The notes beneath the pieces are model-generated. The model was given only the letters and a program-made list of their open reading frames with translations, was not told the origin of the DNA and did not search any database. A program made the position numbers and the translations under genes. Below are positions 10,118 through 21,024 of a stretch of 64,000 nucleotides of DNA, piece after piece. The stretch spans positions 34,338-98,337 of the forward strand of contig NIVC01001316.1 in the NCBI GenBank assembly GCA_002269645.1, given 5' to 3'. The DNA is from Macrostomum lignano. Taxonomy: Eukaryota. Numbering within the stretch: position 1 is the first letter of the stretch; each line of letters starts with the position of its first letter.

Positions 10118-10212
10118 TTTTATAGCTTTGGAAGGCGTGGGATTCTCTTTTTATTCTAGAATATTCTAGAAGCAGAATTCTAGAAGGAAAACACTTTTCG
10201 TTGCTATAAATA
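10118..10212. promoter_or_regulatory. Bidirectional promoter: TATAAAA (minus, 10118-10124), heat-shock element (10154-10185), TATAAATA (plus, 10205-10212)
   Basis: TTCtaGAAtaTTCtaGAA at 10154-10171 is four perfectly alternating nGAAn units; a further TTCtaGAA lies at 10178-10185. Confidence 0.7.
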
Positions 10213-10314
10213 CGCCGGAATTAGACCACCCTATCCCGTCTCTCCCACTCCCATATAATCCCCTTTACAAGCTTTCGCGCAAGGTTTTCTTTCCAACCAC
10301 TTGAGGCACTTGAA

Positions 10315-10815
10315 TCATTCTGCTCTCTCTACCCCCAGCTCTTTCAGCAGTCTTCCCAATTCATTGTTAGGAGCGCACAAAATAAACTCTGCTCCCGTGC
10401 GTTCGCCCTCTCTCCCCGTGCACTCGCCCTCTCTCCCCAAACACCCGCCCTCGGCGTACACCCCCAACCCCAGTTTTGTCTTACTAAAAATAACAGCTTT
10501 AACTAGCTTCCGAGCGATCGACTCACGAAATCCGCTTGAAATCCCCATATTGTCGAGTCTCCTGAGCATTTCTTTGTCCCAGCGATTCTTCTCCTCAGGA
10601 AAATCTCCATACTTAACGTCGTGCCACATGCAGACAGAGTCTAGCTCGTTCACAGGCTCATGCCCAGGATTTGGGTTGTTGTTTCCATCCAGCTGTATTT
10701 CAAGAGGATTCAAAGGCCCGCAATATTTATAGCCGGGAAGTGTCCAGCCTTTGTTTGGATGAGGAAGCTTTTCTATCAGTCCATGTGAATCTAACTTACC
10801 ACCAGAGCGTTGCAT
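10315..10815 (-). CDS. Parvovirus-VP1-type phospholipase A2 protein (PLA2X-like)
   Basis: LPGYKYCGPLN Ca-binding loop and catalytic D...HD.KY (ELDSVCMWHDVKYGD). Confidence 0.9.
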   Translation of the reverse strand: MQRSGGKLDSHGLIEKLPHPNKGWTLPGYKYCGPLNPLEIQLDGNNNPNPGHEPVNELDSVCMWHDVKYGDFPEEKNRWDKEMLRRLDNMGISSGFRESIARKLVKAVIFSKTKLGLGVYAEGGCLGREGECTGREGERTGAEFILCAPNNELGRLLKELGVERAE

Positions 10816-10844
10816 TATTTTATTTTATATTTTCTTTTTAAAAA

Positions 10845-11881
10845 ATGACAGATCAGAAACTTAAAAAACTCTACTACAGCGACAAAGGATTCTTTGTAGG
10901 AAAAAATGCAGTCACCAAACTCGCAGAACTAAGTAAGGAACCAAAAGCTAAAGTAGAAAAGTGGCTCTCTAAGCAAGCAGTCTACCAAGTCTATTTCCCA
11001 CCAGTAAAATTTGAAAGGCCCCATTTCAGTATTTATAAACCTAATGAGGCGCACCAAGCAGATCTTTTGTTTCTCCCCAACGACTCAGGCTACAAGTATG
11101 CTCTCACAATTATTGACATTGCTTCCAGATATAAGGAAGCTCGCCCACTCAAGACGAAGAAGTCAGAGGTTGTTGCCAGCGCACTGCAAGATATTTATAA
11201 AAACTCTCCGCTCACATACCCCCAAACCTTTATGACCGACCCGGGTAAGGAATTCATGGGTGCAGTGAAATCCCTTATGGAAAAGCACAATACAGAGATT
11301 CGCTACGGAAGAACAGACCTGCACAGGGATCAAGCGTACGTTGAGAGATTCAATCTAACTCTAGCCAAGAGACTATTCACTAAGCAGACAGCGCAAGAAC
11401 TCAAACTGAGTGCGGGGCAGTACTATACCAAGTGGACAGAAAGACTCCCCACTGTTATAGAGCAACTGAACAATGAAGTCACACGCATGACTGGATTGAA
11501 ACCATCCCATGCAATTAAACAAGACACTGTCGAACTTAAGGCATCTCATAGAACAGACAACAACACGACAACCCCACACAACACACACAACACAAAACAC
11601 ACCTCGAACTACCCTAAGCTTCCAGGAGTTGAATCACCATACATACTGACAAACTCTGAGTTTCTACGCTTTTTATATCACCTGGAGAGCTAGAGAAAGA
11701 CACCAAAAGAAGAGCTACAGATCCATACTTCAGCCTTGATGTGCATAAAATAGACAGACATTTTACCTCCGACTCCGGTGACTATTACTTTTTATCTCAA
11801 GCCTTTAACCCTAAATCCCCCACGCGGTCATTCACTAGAGCTGAACTCCTAGTGATACCAGCTGACACAGAAATTAATTAA
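10845..11881 (+). pseudogene. Retroviral-type (rve/DDE) integrase; two 1-nt frameshifts near the 3' end
   Basis: HQADLLF, IIDIASRY, TDPGKEF, ERFNLTL. The C-terminus continues in shifted frames as PGELEKDTKRRATDPYFS and PTRSFTRAELLVIPADTEIN* (stop 11879-11881). Confidence 0.92.
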
Positions 11882-11897
11882 AATATTAAAATAAAAA

Positions 11898-12343
11898 ATG
11901 ACAAAGATTGAAACCAGAACCATCAATAAACTCAATAAAATCATTGAATCAAAGAAACAGGTATTATATCAATTAAAGGTGCCAAAGTAAAAATCGATCC
12001 CACGCAGCAAATACTTCAGTGTAATGAGCAAAGACACAGCATCACAGATGAAAAGTCAGGAGGAATCCTACCATTAGCAGCTCTTATTCCGATCATTGCA
12101 GGCGCTGTAAGTGCCGCAGGTGGTGTAGCTGGAGGTGTAGCAACTGCTGTTAAAGCTGGGAATGATAGAGCCCACCAGCTGGAATTGCAAAAGATTGCAA
12201 GAGACAAAGGTATAACAATTAAGGCAGGAGAGGGCTGCCCCGATCGTGATGATTGTGAGAATGAAAATTCTATAAGCAAGTCTGACATTGTCAAAGCAAT
12301 CATGACACTGCACAATGCTGGGTTTACAATAATGCGCATGTGA
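11898..12343 (+). pseudogene. Small Gly/Ala-rich amphipathic virion protein (GGILPLAALIP motif; cupiennin-like/pVI-like type); one frameshift; not in the ORF track
   Basis: ATG at 11898 in AAAAAATG context. Adding 1 nt near 11963 gives a 148-aa ORF containing KSGGILPLAALIPIIAGAVSAAGGVAGGVATAV. Confidence 0.7.
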
Positions 12344-12483
12344 ATGTGAATGTGAAAGTGATGAGGTTTAAAACCCCACTTTATCCAGCTTCATAAACCT
12401 AACGCTACTGATAGGATGTAGAAACAGTTCAACTTTTCTATCAGGGTAGTAACCCTTAAATTTTTTTTATTTTAGAGAAAAAA

Positions 12484-15400
12484 ATGCCAAAAGCTAATCC
12501 AGCAAAAGATTTAGTCAACAAACATTTTTCAAAAGGCGTCTCATTTCAAGACAAAAGTAATTCACTAAGAGAAGCATGCAAACAAAAGTTCAACACCGAC
12601 CCTGGTCATCTGGGAAGCTATGAAAAACAGTTGGAAATCATCAAACAATTAGAATCCAACCAGTATGCGCCTATACAAAATCCTGCAAAGGAACACCAAG
12701 AGAGGAGTCGCAACTTAGTTAACAAATATGAAACTCTCACTGGTGAAAAAGCAAAGTACCCACAAAATAAGCAGGAACAAGAGAAATTAGAGCAATTAAT
12801 CCATTTAAAAGAGTCGGAGCTTGCCACTGAAAAAGATTAATTTTGCACAGAGGAAGTTTACAGAACATTACATAGAGTACACAATCCCAATTAACGGCAC
12901 CAACGGCACCACCGCAAACATCTACGACTATAAAGACAGCATCCAATCAGTTGTTGATCACACACTCAAAACACGCAAGACTTTTAAACTACAGATATCA
13001 TTCAAGATTGCGTTTTAAAATGCCTGCAAAACCTACTGAGCATCTCGAGTATTACATGACAACAAAGGCAAAGCCATTCACCCCTACAGACACACTGGAT
13101 CCTTTCCTTCAAGATGTCACTAAGAAAATTGAAGCGTTTACATCCAGAGGTTCCGGATGGGTCGTAGGAGGGATTCAAAGAGCAATTGTCATGGTCATGA
13201 AATATGACCCACTTAAAGCCTCCTCTTATATAGAGCTCCCGCATTAGCTAGCCGGTAAAAAAGCTTGCATAAATGTTAAAAATAAAGACAATTGCTGTGC
13301 TCTATGGGCAGTTCTTTCTGCACTTCTTCATGATAGGGTACCTCACCACCCCGAAAGAACCTCAAATTATCAAAATTATTTCAAGGACTATCTCATCGAA
13401 TGTGAAAAGAAGGGAATCAGGTTTGACAAAGGAGGCTTGGCGATCTCTCAGATCCCAAAGCTAGAAGAAGTGTTTAATAACAAAATTAGAATCACAGTCT
13501 TTGAGTGGAGTGAAAAAACTGAGAAAGTTCAACCGGTCAGATGTAGCAAAGACGTTTTAGATCCGAGGGGAAAAGGCGGACTGAAGTGGATCTTCTAGTG
13601 ATTGGTAATTTACTAGAGGAGGCTCACTATGTTTGGATTAAAGATCTTTCAAGACTCATTCACAAGCAGTTGAATAATCATCACGAGGCTGTTGCCATCT
13701 GCCGCTTGTGCCTTAAGCATTACAGTGGACCTGAACGCTTTGAAAAACTAGCAGAGCATGAATTATCATGCGAGGATCACCCAACAAACTGCTCTCTTCC
13801 TTCAGCTGAAGAGAAGTATCTCCGGTTTAAGAATTATCATAAGATGGAGAAGCTCCCATTTGTTGTATATGCTGATTTCGAATGCTCAATCGTGCCAGAA
13901 ACTCAAAAACAAACTCCAACTCAAAAACATATCCCCAATTCAGTAGCATATGCCTTTATTAATACAAAAGGACTTGTTGAGTATAATTATTTCTTTGGAG
14001 AGCAGTGTGTGGAGCAGTTTATTGCCAGAATGTTAGAGTTGCAAAAAGTGATTAGCACCCTTCAACCTGTTCCAATAATGATGACTGAGGAGGATGAAAG
14101 CAATTTCCTATCAGCAACTCATTGCCACATCTGCAGGAAACATTTAACTTGCACTAATATTAAAAACCCCACCGTTAGGGACCACTGCCACTATACTGGG
14201 AAATTTAGAGGTGCAGCGCATAACACCTGTAATCTAAAGCTAAAATCGAACATTCATGATCTAACAATATTTTGTCACAACGCAAAGAACTATGACATGC
14301 ATTTAATAGTTGAAAAAATCGGCATGATTCCAGACATACACCTTGATTGCATCGCAGAGAACAAGGAGAAGTTTAAGTGTGTTGATATTAAACAGGATAA
14401 TTCGGGTACAGGTAAAATAAGACTGAAGGATTCATATCAATTTCTAGCTGCCAGTCTAGACGAACTAAGCAAGAATCTAAAAGATGAACAATGTACATAT
14501 ACAAAGATGTTTGCAAGTAAAATTAACAACAGTGATGAATCATTTAAACTTTTAAGAAAGAAAGGCTTCTACCCCTATGAAAATATTACTGGGTATCACG
14601 TATTTGAAGATGGTTTACCACCACAGGAGAAGTTCTTTTCAAAACTAACAGACTCTGAAATCTCTGACAAAGACTATGAGCACGCGAAGCATGTCTATAA
14701 TTACTTTAATTTTCAAAACTTTTCCAGTATCACCTGCTTTACCTCTACACAGATGTGTTTCTGCTGGCCGATGTGTTTGAAACCTTCAGATACACCTGGT
14801 ACACAGCATATGGCCTCGATCCAGCACATTATGTGTCTCTGCCTGCCACTAGCTGGGAATCTTTGCTTAAAATGAAATGGGATCAAGATCCAGATTGGTA
14901 CATTGAACTTCTTACAGACATTGACATGTACAATTTTGTCGAATCGTCAAAGCGAGGGGGAATCTCAATTTGCGTTAACAGGTATGCAAAAGCAAACAAT
15001 CCCTACATTGAATCTTACAATAAGGAGCAGCCCTCAAACTACATTACTTACTTGGACGCTAATAATCTCTACGGGTGGGCGATGAGTCAAGATCTTCCAG
15101 TTAGAGATTTTCGATGGCTACCCTCATCAGAATTCAAATGGGACTTTTCATTGGCTGCCATTTATGAGGTTGATGTTTACATTCCACCAGAGCTTCACGA
15201 CTATTTCTCTGACTTTCCACCCTTCCCAGAGAACATCAAGTGCCCGAAAATAATCGAAACTCCCAATGATAATAATGGAACTTGGCTGTCAGGAACAGAA
15301 AAAGAACATACAGAGAAACTAACACAGAATCTAAACAACAAGACACGTTACAAAATCCATTACAAACTGCTTCAGTATTTTATCTCACTTGGTTGCAGGG

Positions 15401-16325
15401 TCACCAAAGTTCACAGGGCTCTTACATTTACAGAGGAAGCGTGGATGAAACCCTACATTGATAAGAACACCCAGTTTAGGACCAAAGCAACCAACGACTT
15501 TGACAAGAACCTCTTTAAGTTGGCCAACAACTCTGTCTATGGCAAGACTCTTGAAATGAGCGGAAAAGAACAAACCTGAAACTTGTTACCTCATCAGAGC
15601 CTGATGTTATTCAGGCAAATATGTCAAAGCCAACATTCAAAGAACTCCATATCTTTAATAGCTACTTAGGTGTGATCATATTTTACAAAACCAAGGTGAC
15701 GCTGCGCAAGCCGATCTATACAGGTGTCACTGTTCTCGACGAATCAAAACGTCTGATGTACCAATTCTTCTATGGCATGAAGCAGCAGTACAAGGATAAA
15801 ATGAAACTCTTGTACACCGACACAGACAGTTTTATTATGGACATTCAAACAGAAGACATTTATCAGGACATGCTGCAGCAAAAAGATTTGTTTGACTTGT
15901 CTGAGTATGATGAATCTTGCAGGACACAGAATGGTGATCAAGTGTTTGACGCTACTAACAAGAAAGTGATTGGGAAAATGAAGGACGAGATTGCTGGTGA
16001 CATAATCACTGAATTCATTGGGTTGAGAGCAAAGTCCTATTTTATAAAATGTGAGTCGTCAGACCCAATCAAAAAATCAAAGGGAATTCCGAAACGTGTA
16101 GTTAGGAAGGAAATTAATGAAGCTGAATACAGAGACGCCTTGAATTGCAACAAAAAGACATCACATGAGTTCTCAAAGCTACAATCTAAAAACCATATTA
16201 TTCACACAATTCAGCAAAAGAAGATTGGACTGTCAGGTGCAGATAACAAAAGATTCATTTTTGATGACAATATTAACAGTCTACCGTTCGGGCACTGGAG
16301 ATTAGGTTTAGGAGGTGGAGGTTAG
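12484..16325 (+). pseudogene. pPolB of Polinton B, broken by ~5 frameshifts and one in-frame TAG (13245-13247)
   Basis: Fragments join in order: GSGW...KYDPLKASSYIELP, KKACINVKN, CHIC...VRDHCHYTGKFRGAAHNTCN zinc finger, exonuclease YADFE, RKKGFYPYE, then polymerase motifs ~99% identical to 3-1646. Confidence 0.95.
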
Positions 16326-16423
16326 GTTTAGGAGGTGGAGATTAGGTTCGGGCACTGGAGGTTAGGTTCGGGCATTGGAGATTGGGTTTAGGTTTAAGAG
16401 AAAGTTTAATAAAACTCATAAAA

Positions 16424-16825
16424 ATGACGACAAATAACTTTCTTGAAGATTTGGCTAACGAACTGGAAATCCCAAACTTTAGAGGAATATTTATGAGGGA
16501 CACTCTGCCTGATTTTCCTCTAAGAAAAGAATGCGGCATCATGAACTTTGACACCACCGATAAGCCAGGATCTCATTGGGTTTGCTGGGTGATTGATCCC
16601 GATCGCAAGCACAAGTGTTATTACTTCGATAGCTATGGGACGGCAGTACCAGAAGAGCTAAGAAATTATATGAAGGGAAAAAATAATAAAAAAATTTATC
16701 GCTCAGACTTTATTCTCCAAGGTCTTAGCAGTGATATTTGCGGTGAGCTGTGCATGACTGTTTTGTATGCAATGACCAAAACACGAAAGACCTACAAGGA
16801 AATTATTCGTACCTGTGTTTCATAG
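16424..16825 (+). CDS. Adenain-like cysteine protease (Polinton B)
   Basis: Nearly identical to 1734-2135; probable ATG at 16424. Confidence 0.9.
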   Translation: MTTNNFLEDLANELEIPNFRGIFMRDTLPDFPLRKECGIMNFDTTDKPGSHWVCWVIDPDRKHKCYYFDSYGTAVPEELRNYMKGKNNKKIYRSDFILQGLSSDICGELCMTVLYAMTKTRKTYKEIIRTCVS

Positions 16826-16829
16826 GGGT

Positions 16830-17487
16830 TCATTGTGCATTTCTCGTTGTACTTCTCGTTGTCCTTCTTTCCACATAATGTTGAAGAACTTTCTCGAGTT
16901 CATTTCTCAGCTGACTCATGTCATCAGTACCGACCATGTTCAAGTTCATTCGAATTGATTGTTCATAAAGATCCTGAATGGTTTTGAACTCATCCTCTGA
17001 AATGAACTTATCCTCGATTGCCCTTGAAATGTACCCTATGATTGATGTGTGCACCCCTTTCTCTTTTACTTGCTTCTCCTGTAGCTGCTTTAGTTTTTTT
17101 CGCCTGTTTCGCGCTAATGCTCCAGTAATTGCTGAAATAAGTCCACATGCAGCACCCACAGAGCCGAGCGGGATTGCGATTGGGGCTGTGATGACTGGCA
17201 ACACTGAGACAGCTGCAGCAGATCCAGATAGAACAGACACAGATCCTAGAATCATATTGCTGTAGTCGAAAAATTTACAGTGGTTGTCATAGCGCTTAAT
17301 TTTTTTTTGTGTTGTGGAAAATATTTTTTTCAAGATCATCGCGCATTTTTTGAATCTCCACTAGTCGAAACTGTTGAGAGTTACAAGTAATGACGGGGTA
17401 GAGTTTTTGTTGCTCATATTGGGGTGCACTAGGTGCACTAGGTGTTGTGGGAGCGTTCGGATCATAAAGAGAATTTTGAGCATCCAT
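16830..17487 (-). pseudogene. Accessory membrane protein (GasderminX-type), with a 1-nt insertion in a poly-T run near 17300
   Basis: Two track ORFs join into a homologue of 2140-2805. Confidence 0.75.
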
Positions 17488-17595
17488 TTTGTAGGGAATT
17501 TTTTTAAAAAAATCGGCAACTAGTTGGTGGTGGTTAGATTTGTTTTACGGTTGATTGCTTCGTCTGCAGTGACGGCAACAGGTCTCTGAATTTGC

Positions 17596-18405
17596 CTATT
17601 CATTGTCTGTGAGCTCCATTCTACGTCTGATCTCAAACAAGTCGGTTGGATCACTTATTTCCCTTGTGGTCTGTGGTGGTGCGTCTTCAACGTCAATGTT
17701 TTTGAGATTATGCAAGCGTTCAAGACGACCGATTCTTCTCACCGATTTCTGCCATTCGGTAAAAACTAAATCTACAAAGACTTTAATTGCAGTAATTCTT
17801 ACTTTGATTTGATCATGCAACGCTGTTGACTGAGTCATGAACTCTTCTAAATTCCTCACTTTAACTGTGTTGGTTGCGACGTTTTCTTTAATTCTATCAT
17901 GCAACGCTGTTGACTGGTTCATGAACTCTTCTAAATTATTCACTTTAACTGTGTTGGTTGCGACGTTTTCTTTAATTCTATCATGCAACGCTGTTGACTG
18001 GTTCATGAACTCTTCTAAATTCCTCACTTTAACTGTGTTTGTGAAAACTCCTTCTTCAAGAATACGCATCCGTCTATCAGTGGAATTTCCCAGAAGATTA
18101 ACTGATGATCTCAAGCCGTTGATTAGCGAGACCGCCGAAGTTATTTCTGACCTTAGTTCATTAGTTGCGTTTAACAACGGCACATAAAGCTTATCACTGT
18201 CAAACTTCTGTCTAGCTACTTTAAGCCTGAGATCTTCCATGTTGATTTGCAACTGGTGCATGGAGCGCTCTAGGGCTTTCAGTCTGTTTTTATTCAGTTT
18301 GATCTCTGGGATCTCTTCATCAGTGTTAATGTAGCGCTTATCAAGGAAGGAAGTTGTGAGAGTGCTGTTGCCTGTAGTTGATTCACCTGCAAAATTAATA
18401 GACAT
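17596..18405 (-). CDS. Coiled-coil protein (269 aa) with three 28-aa tandem repeats
   Basis: Homologue of 2913-3587; 84-nt repeats register at 17836, 17920 and 18004. Confidence 0.75.
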   Translation of the reverse strand: MSINFAGESTTGNSTLTTSFLDKRYINTDEEIPEIKLNKNRLKALERSMHQLQINMEDLRLKVARQKFDSDKLYVPLLNATNELRSEITSAVSLINGLRSSVNLLGNSTDRRMRILEEGVFTNTVKVRNLEEFMNQSTALHDRIKENVATNTVKVNNLEEFMNQSTALHDRIKENVATNTVKVRNLEEFMTQSTALHDQIKVRITAIKVFVDLVFTEWQKSVRRIGRLERLHNLKNIDVEDAPPQTTREISDPTDLFEIRRRMELTDNE

Positions 18406-18420
18406 TTTTTAAATGAAAAA

Positions 18421-19221
18421 TTAAATTAAAATTCTTTTCTCCTTATTAATCATGACAAACTGATAAGGTTGGTTCCACTTTTCATAGCATATGTTAACAA
18501 ATTCCTCCTGTGATATTGTTCTGTTAGAGTTCTTAGCTGGATATGTAATGTGAGCTGGGGCAATGACTTCATTATAAAATCGTTTCAGTCGATCCTGTGG
18601 TATGGTTGGGAAAAGGAGAATCAAATTACAGTTACCTCTAATTGTTTTATTTGGCAGTTCAAACCAGTTTTGGGCAATGTAAATAACATTGCAGTTATTG
18701 TGTCTACCCCGGGTGAAATAATTTTCTATCTGTTTCTGGGGACCGGTCATGCAGTCATCAAAGACAATCAGGTGCTTTCTCCCCTTTTCTAGTTCATCAG
18801 GTTGAGGTAAGAGTTTAGTTTTAGGATCTATCTGTGGATCTCCATAAGTGAAAACTTTAATATTTTGCCATTTTTCATTGTCTGGGATGTGCTTTGCGTA
18901 TTCAGTGGCTACAACTTCCGGGTTGCTGTTGAGGTCTTTTTGATGTCTAAAACATTGAATAATATCTTCCTTGTTGAGTTTGTTCTGTAGGCCCGCTACT
19001 AGCATTTTATACTCATCTTGATACAGAGTGGGTGAATAGATATGTAGTGTGTCATAATCGAGGAATCCAGGTCTGAGGAGCATGTTAAAAACTCTGAAGG
19101 TTTTCCCTGACCCAGATGAGCCAACAACAATGCATCGGAAGTGCCCTGGAATTATCTCGTTGTGAGCAAATTTTATCTGATTGCGTGTCCAGTGGGGATG
19201 AAAGTCGTTTGTGAAGTCCAT
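18421..19221 (-). CDS. A32/FtsK-like packaging ATPase (Polinton B)
   Basis: Walker A and B motifs; about 34 aa differences from 3603-4403 by hand alignment. Confidence 0.95.
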   Translation of the reverse strand: MDFTNDFHPHWTRNQIKFAHNEIIPGHFRCIVVGSSGSGKTFRVFNMLLRPGFLDYDTLHIYSPTLYQDEYKMLVAGLQNKLNKEDIIQCFRHQKDLNSNPEVVATEYAKHIPDNEKWQNIKVFTYGDPQIDPKTKLLPQPDELEKGRKHLIVFDDCMTGPQKQIENYFTRGRHNNCNVIYIAQNWFELPNKTIRGNCNLILLFPTIPQDRLKRFYNEVIAPAHITYPAKNSNRTISQEEFVNICYEKWNQPYQFVMINKEKRILI

Positions 19222-19413
19222 TTTTTATGTAAAAAAACTTTTTCTTTTTAAACTTGTGTATTTAAGACGCGTGTGTCTTTTTTCGGGATGTGTATGTGTG
19301 TGTCTCTTTACGGGATATGTGTCTTTTTTCGGGTTGTGTGTGTCTTTTCGACTAGTCCTACATCCGACTAGTCCTACACCCTCACACCTCTTTTACCGTC
19401 AGGGTGCACCAAA

Positions 19414-19793
19414 TTAGTCAAATTTAAAACCGCCTCCTTTCTTATATTCAGCTCTCATCTTTGCGTAGATGGCTGGATCGACACTATCTGCACTCGGTGC
19501 AAGGGGTTGAATATCTGGTATTGATTTCCGGGTTTCATGAACCGTATCCTTTATCTTTTTGGCTGCTGTGGCTACACTGCCAGCCGCTTCGGCAACGTTC
19601 TTGATGTTCTCTTTGTTCTCTCCAATGACCTTAAAAATCTTGGCCCCTTGAGCGATCAAATCAGCAAGACCGTTCCCTGAGCGTTCTTTTCTTGGATAGT
19701 GGCCTGCAGGGAAAAGTCCAGATCCGCCTTAATGAGATTAAGTTCCTCTTTGTCGTAGTATTTGTCAATGTCTTTTTCGAAAATAATTGGCAT
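19414..19793 (-). pseudogene. Small protein (homologue of 4511-4897), frameshifted near 19727
   Basis: ATCCGCCTT here versus ATCCGCGTTT in copy A (1 nt shorter). Confidence 0.65.
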
Positions 19794-19809
19794 CTTTTTA
19801 AATAGAAAT

Positions 19810-21024
19810 TTATTTTTTGTTAAACCGTGAAAGCAAAAGTTCTCTTGCTCTTTTATCGATTTATTTTCTCTCAAGCATTTTGTCCAGGATGTTGACAAAT
19901 TCTTTTCTATTCTCGTCTTTCATTCCGGTCTTTGCCGCTCCTAGAAGAACAGCTAACCGCTTGTAGAATTCAGGCATGCCTTTTCCGGAAGAGCTTGGAG
20001 GTGATTCGAATGATTGGTCAGAGGAGGAACTGTCATGTGGCGCTTGTCTTTGTTGAGGTGTGAATACTCTGTCATTGATTCGCTTCATTCGTTCTGGGGA
20101 GAGCCGCTCTAATTGTCGCCATTCATCTGGGCGCTGGTTTCTGTACTGGGAAATCTCATTTGGCCCTGCTTTTTCAAGCGCTTCTAGTACTTGTTCGGGT
20201 GTGATTTGTTGCTGTGGCGGTGGAGGTTGTTGTGGTTGTGGTTGTGTTTGTGGTTGCTGCTGTTGTGGTTGTTGTAGTTGTTGTTTTGGTTGCTGCTGTT
20301 GTGGTTGCTGCTGTTGTGGCTGTGGTTGTTGTGGTTGTTGTCTTATGACCTCTTCTTGATCCGGCAAACCAAACCATTGTTTAAAGTATTTGTATTTTCT
20401 AAACCTGTTCAAGTCAATCCTGTTTTCATGTAAAACTTTCAAAACACCGTTGTTCTTGAGAATGTCTATGTCCCTCTCTAAAGCGAAGGTAACCAGATCT
20501 CTATAATTCTTTAATTGCTTCTCGGATATTTTTTCCTGATTTTTAGTCATGTAGTCGAGTAAACTTTGAGTGAAGGGGATTCGTTTAGTTTCTGCGCCTT
20601 TATTGATTGAAATAGTTTCCTTCGTCACTTCAATGTTGTAATCCGCCGGTTCCCCGGTGATATTTTTTCGCCAGGCGCTAATTCCAAATATATATTTTCC
20701 ATCATCCGTTACGGGGCCAAAAAAGTTATCCGTCACTTTCATCTGCACTGGTTGTCCTGGTTGCTGAGCCTGTGGTTGTCCTGGTGAAGATGGGATTTTA
20801 CCCAATGTGTTTTGCAAGTGGCTCTCTTGAATATCATCAACTGCTTCCTTCACAGTGTCGAGGTTTTTCTTCGCTTCTGTGTATCCGGGTTTGTGAAATT
20901 CGGTGGCTGCTTGGACAAACTCATTGTAGGATTGTTGCTCCTTATTTATTAGCCCGGTAACTCGTTTCTCTGCTTGTGCTAGCTTCTCCAATTCAGATAT
21001 CTGCTGTGTACTTTTTCGCTTCAT
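19810..21024 (-). CDS. Gln/Pro-rich Polinton protein (PZ-like C-terminus); a premature TAA at 19861-19863 removes the last 17 aa
   Basis: 387-aa ORF; copy A has TAT at the equivalent codon and continues to ...SRFNKK*. Confidence 0.8.

Noticed and set aside
10301-10732. 143-aa plus-strand ORF downstream of the rightward TATA
   Set aside because: TTG start, Ser/Pro-rich antisense shadow of the PLA2 gene.
12484-13247. Three separate small genes upstream of pPolB
   Set aside because: They join through single-base shifts into the recognisable N-terminal region of Polinton pPolB; the first junction (~12810-12837) is the least certain.
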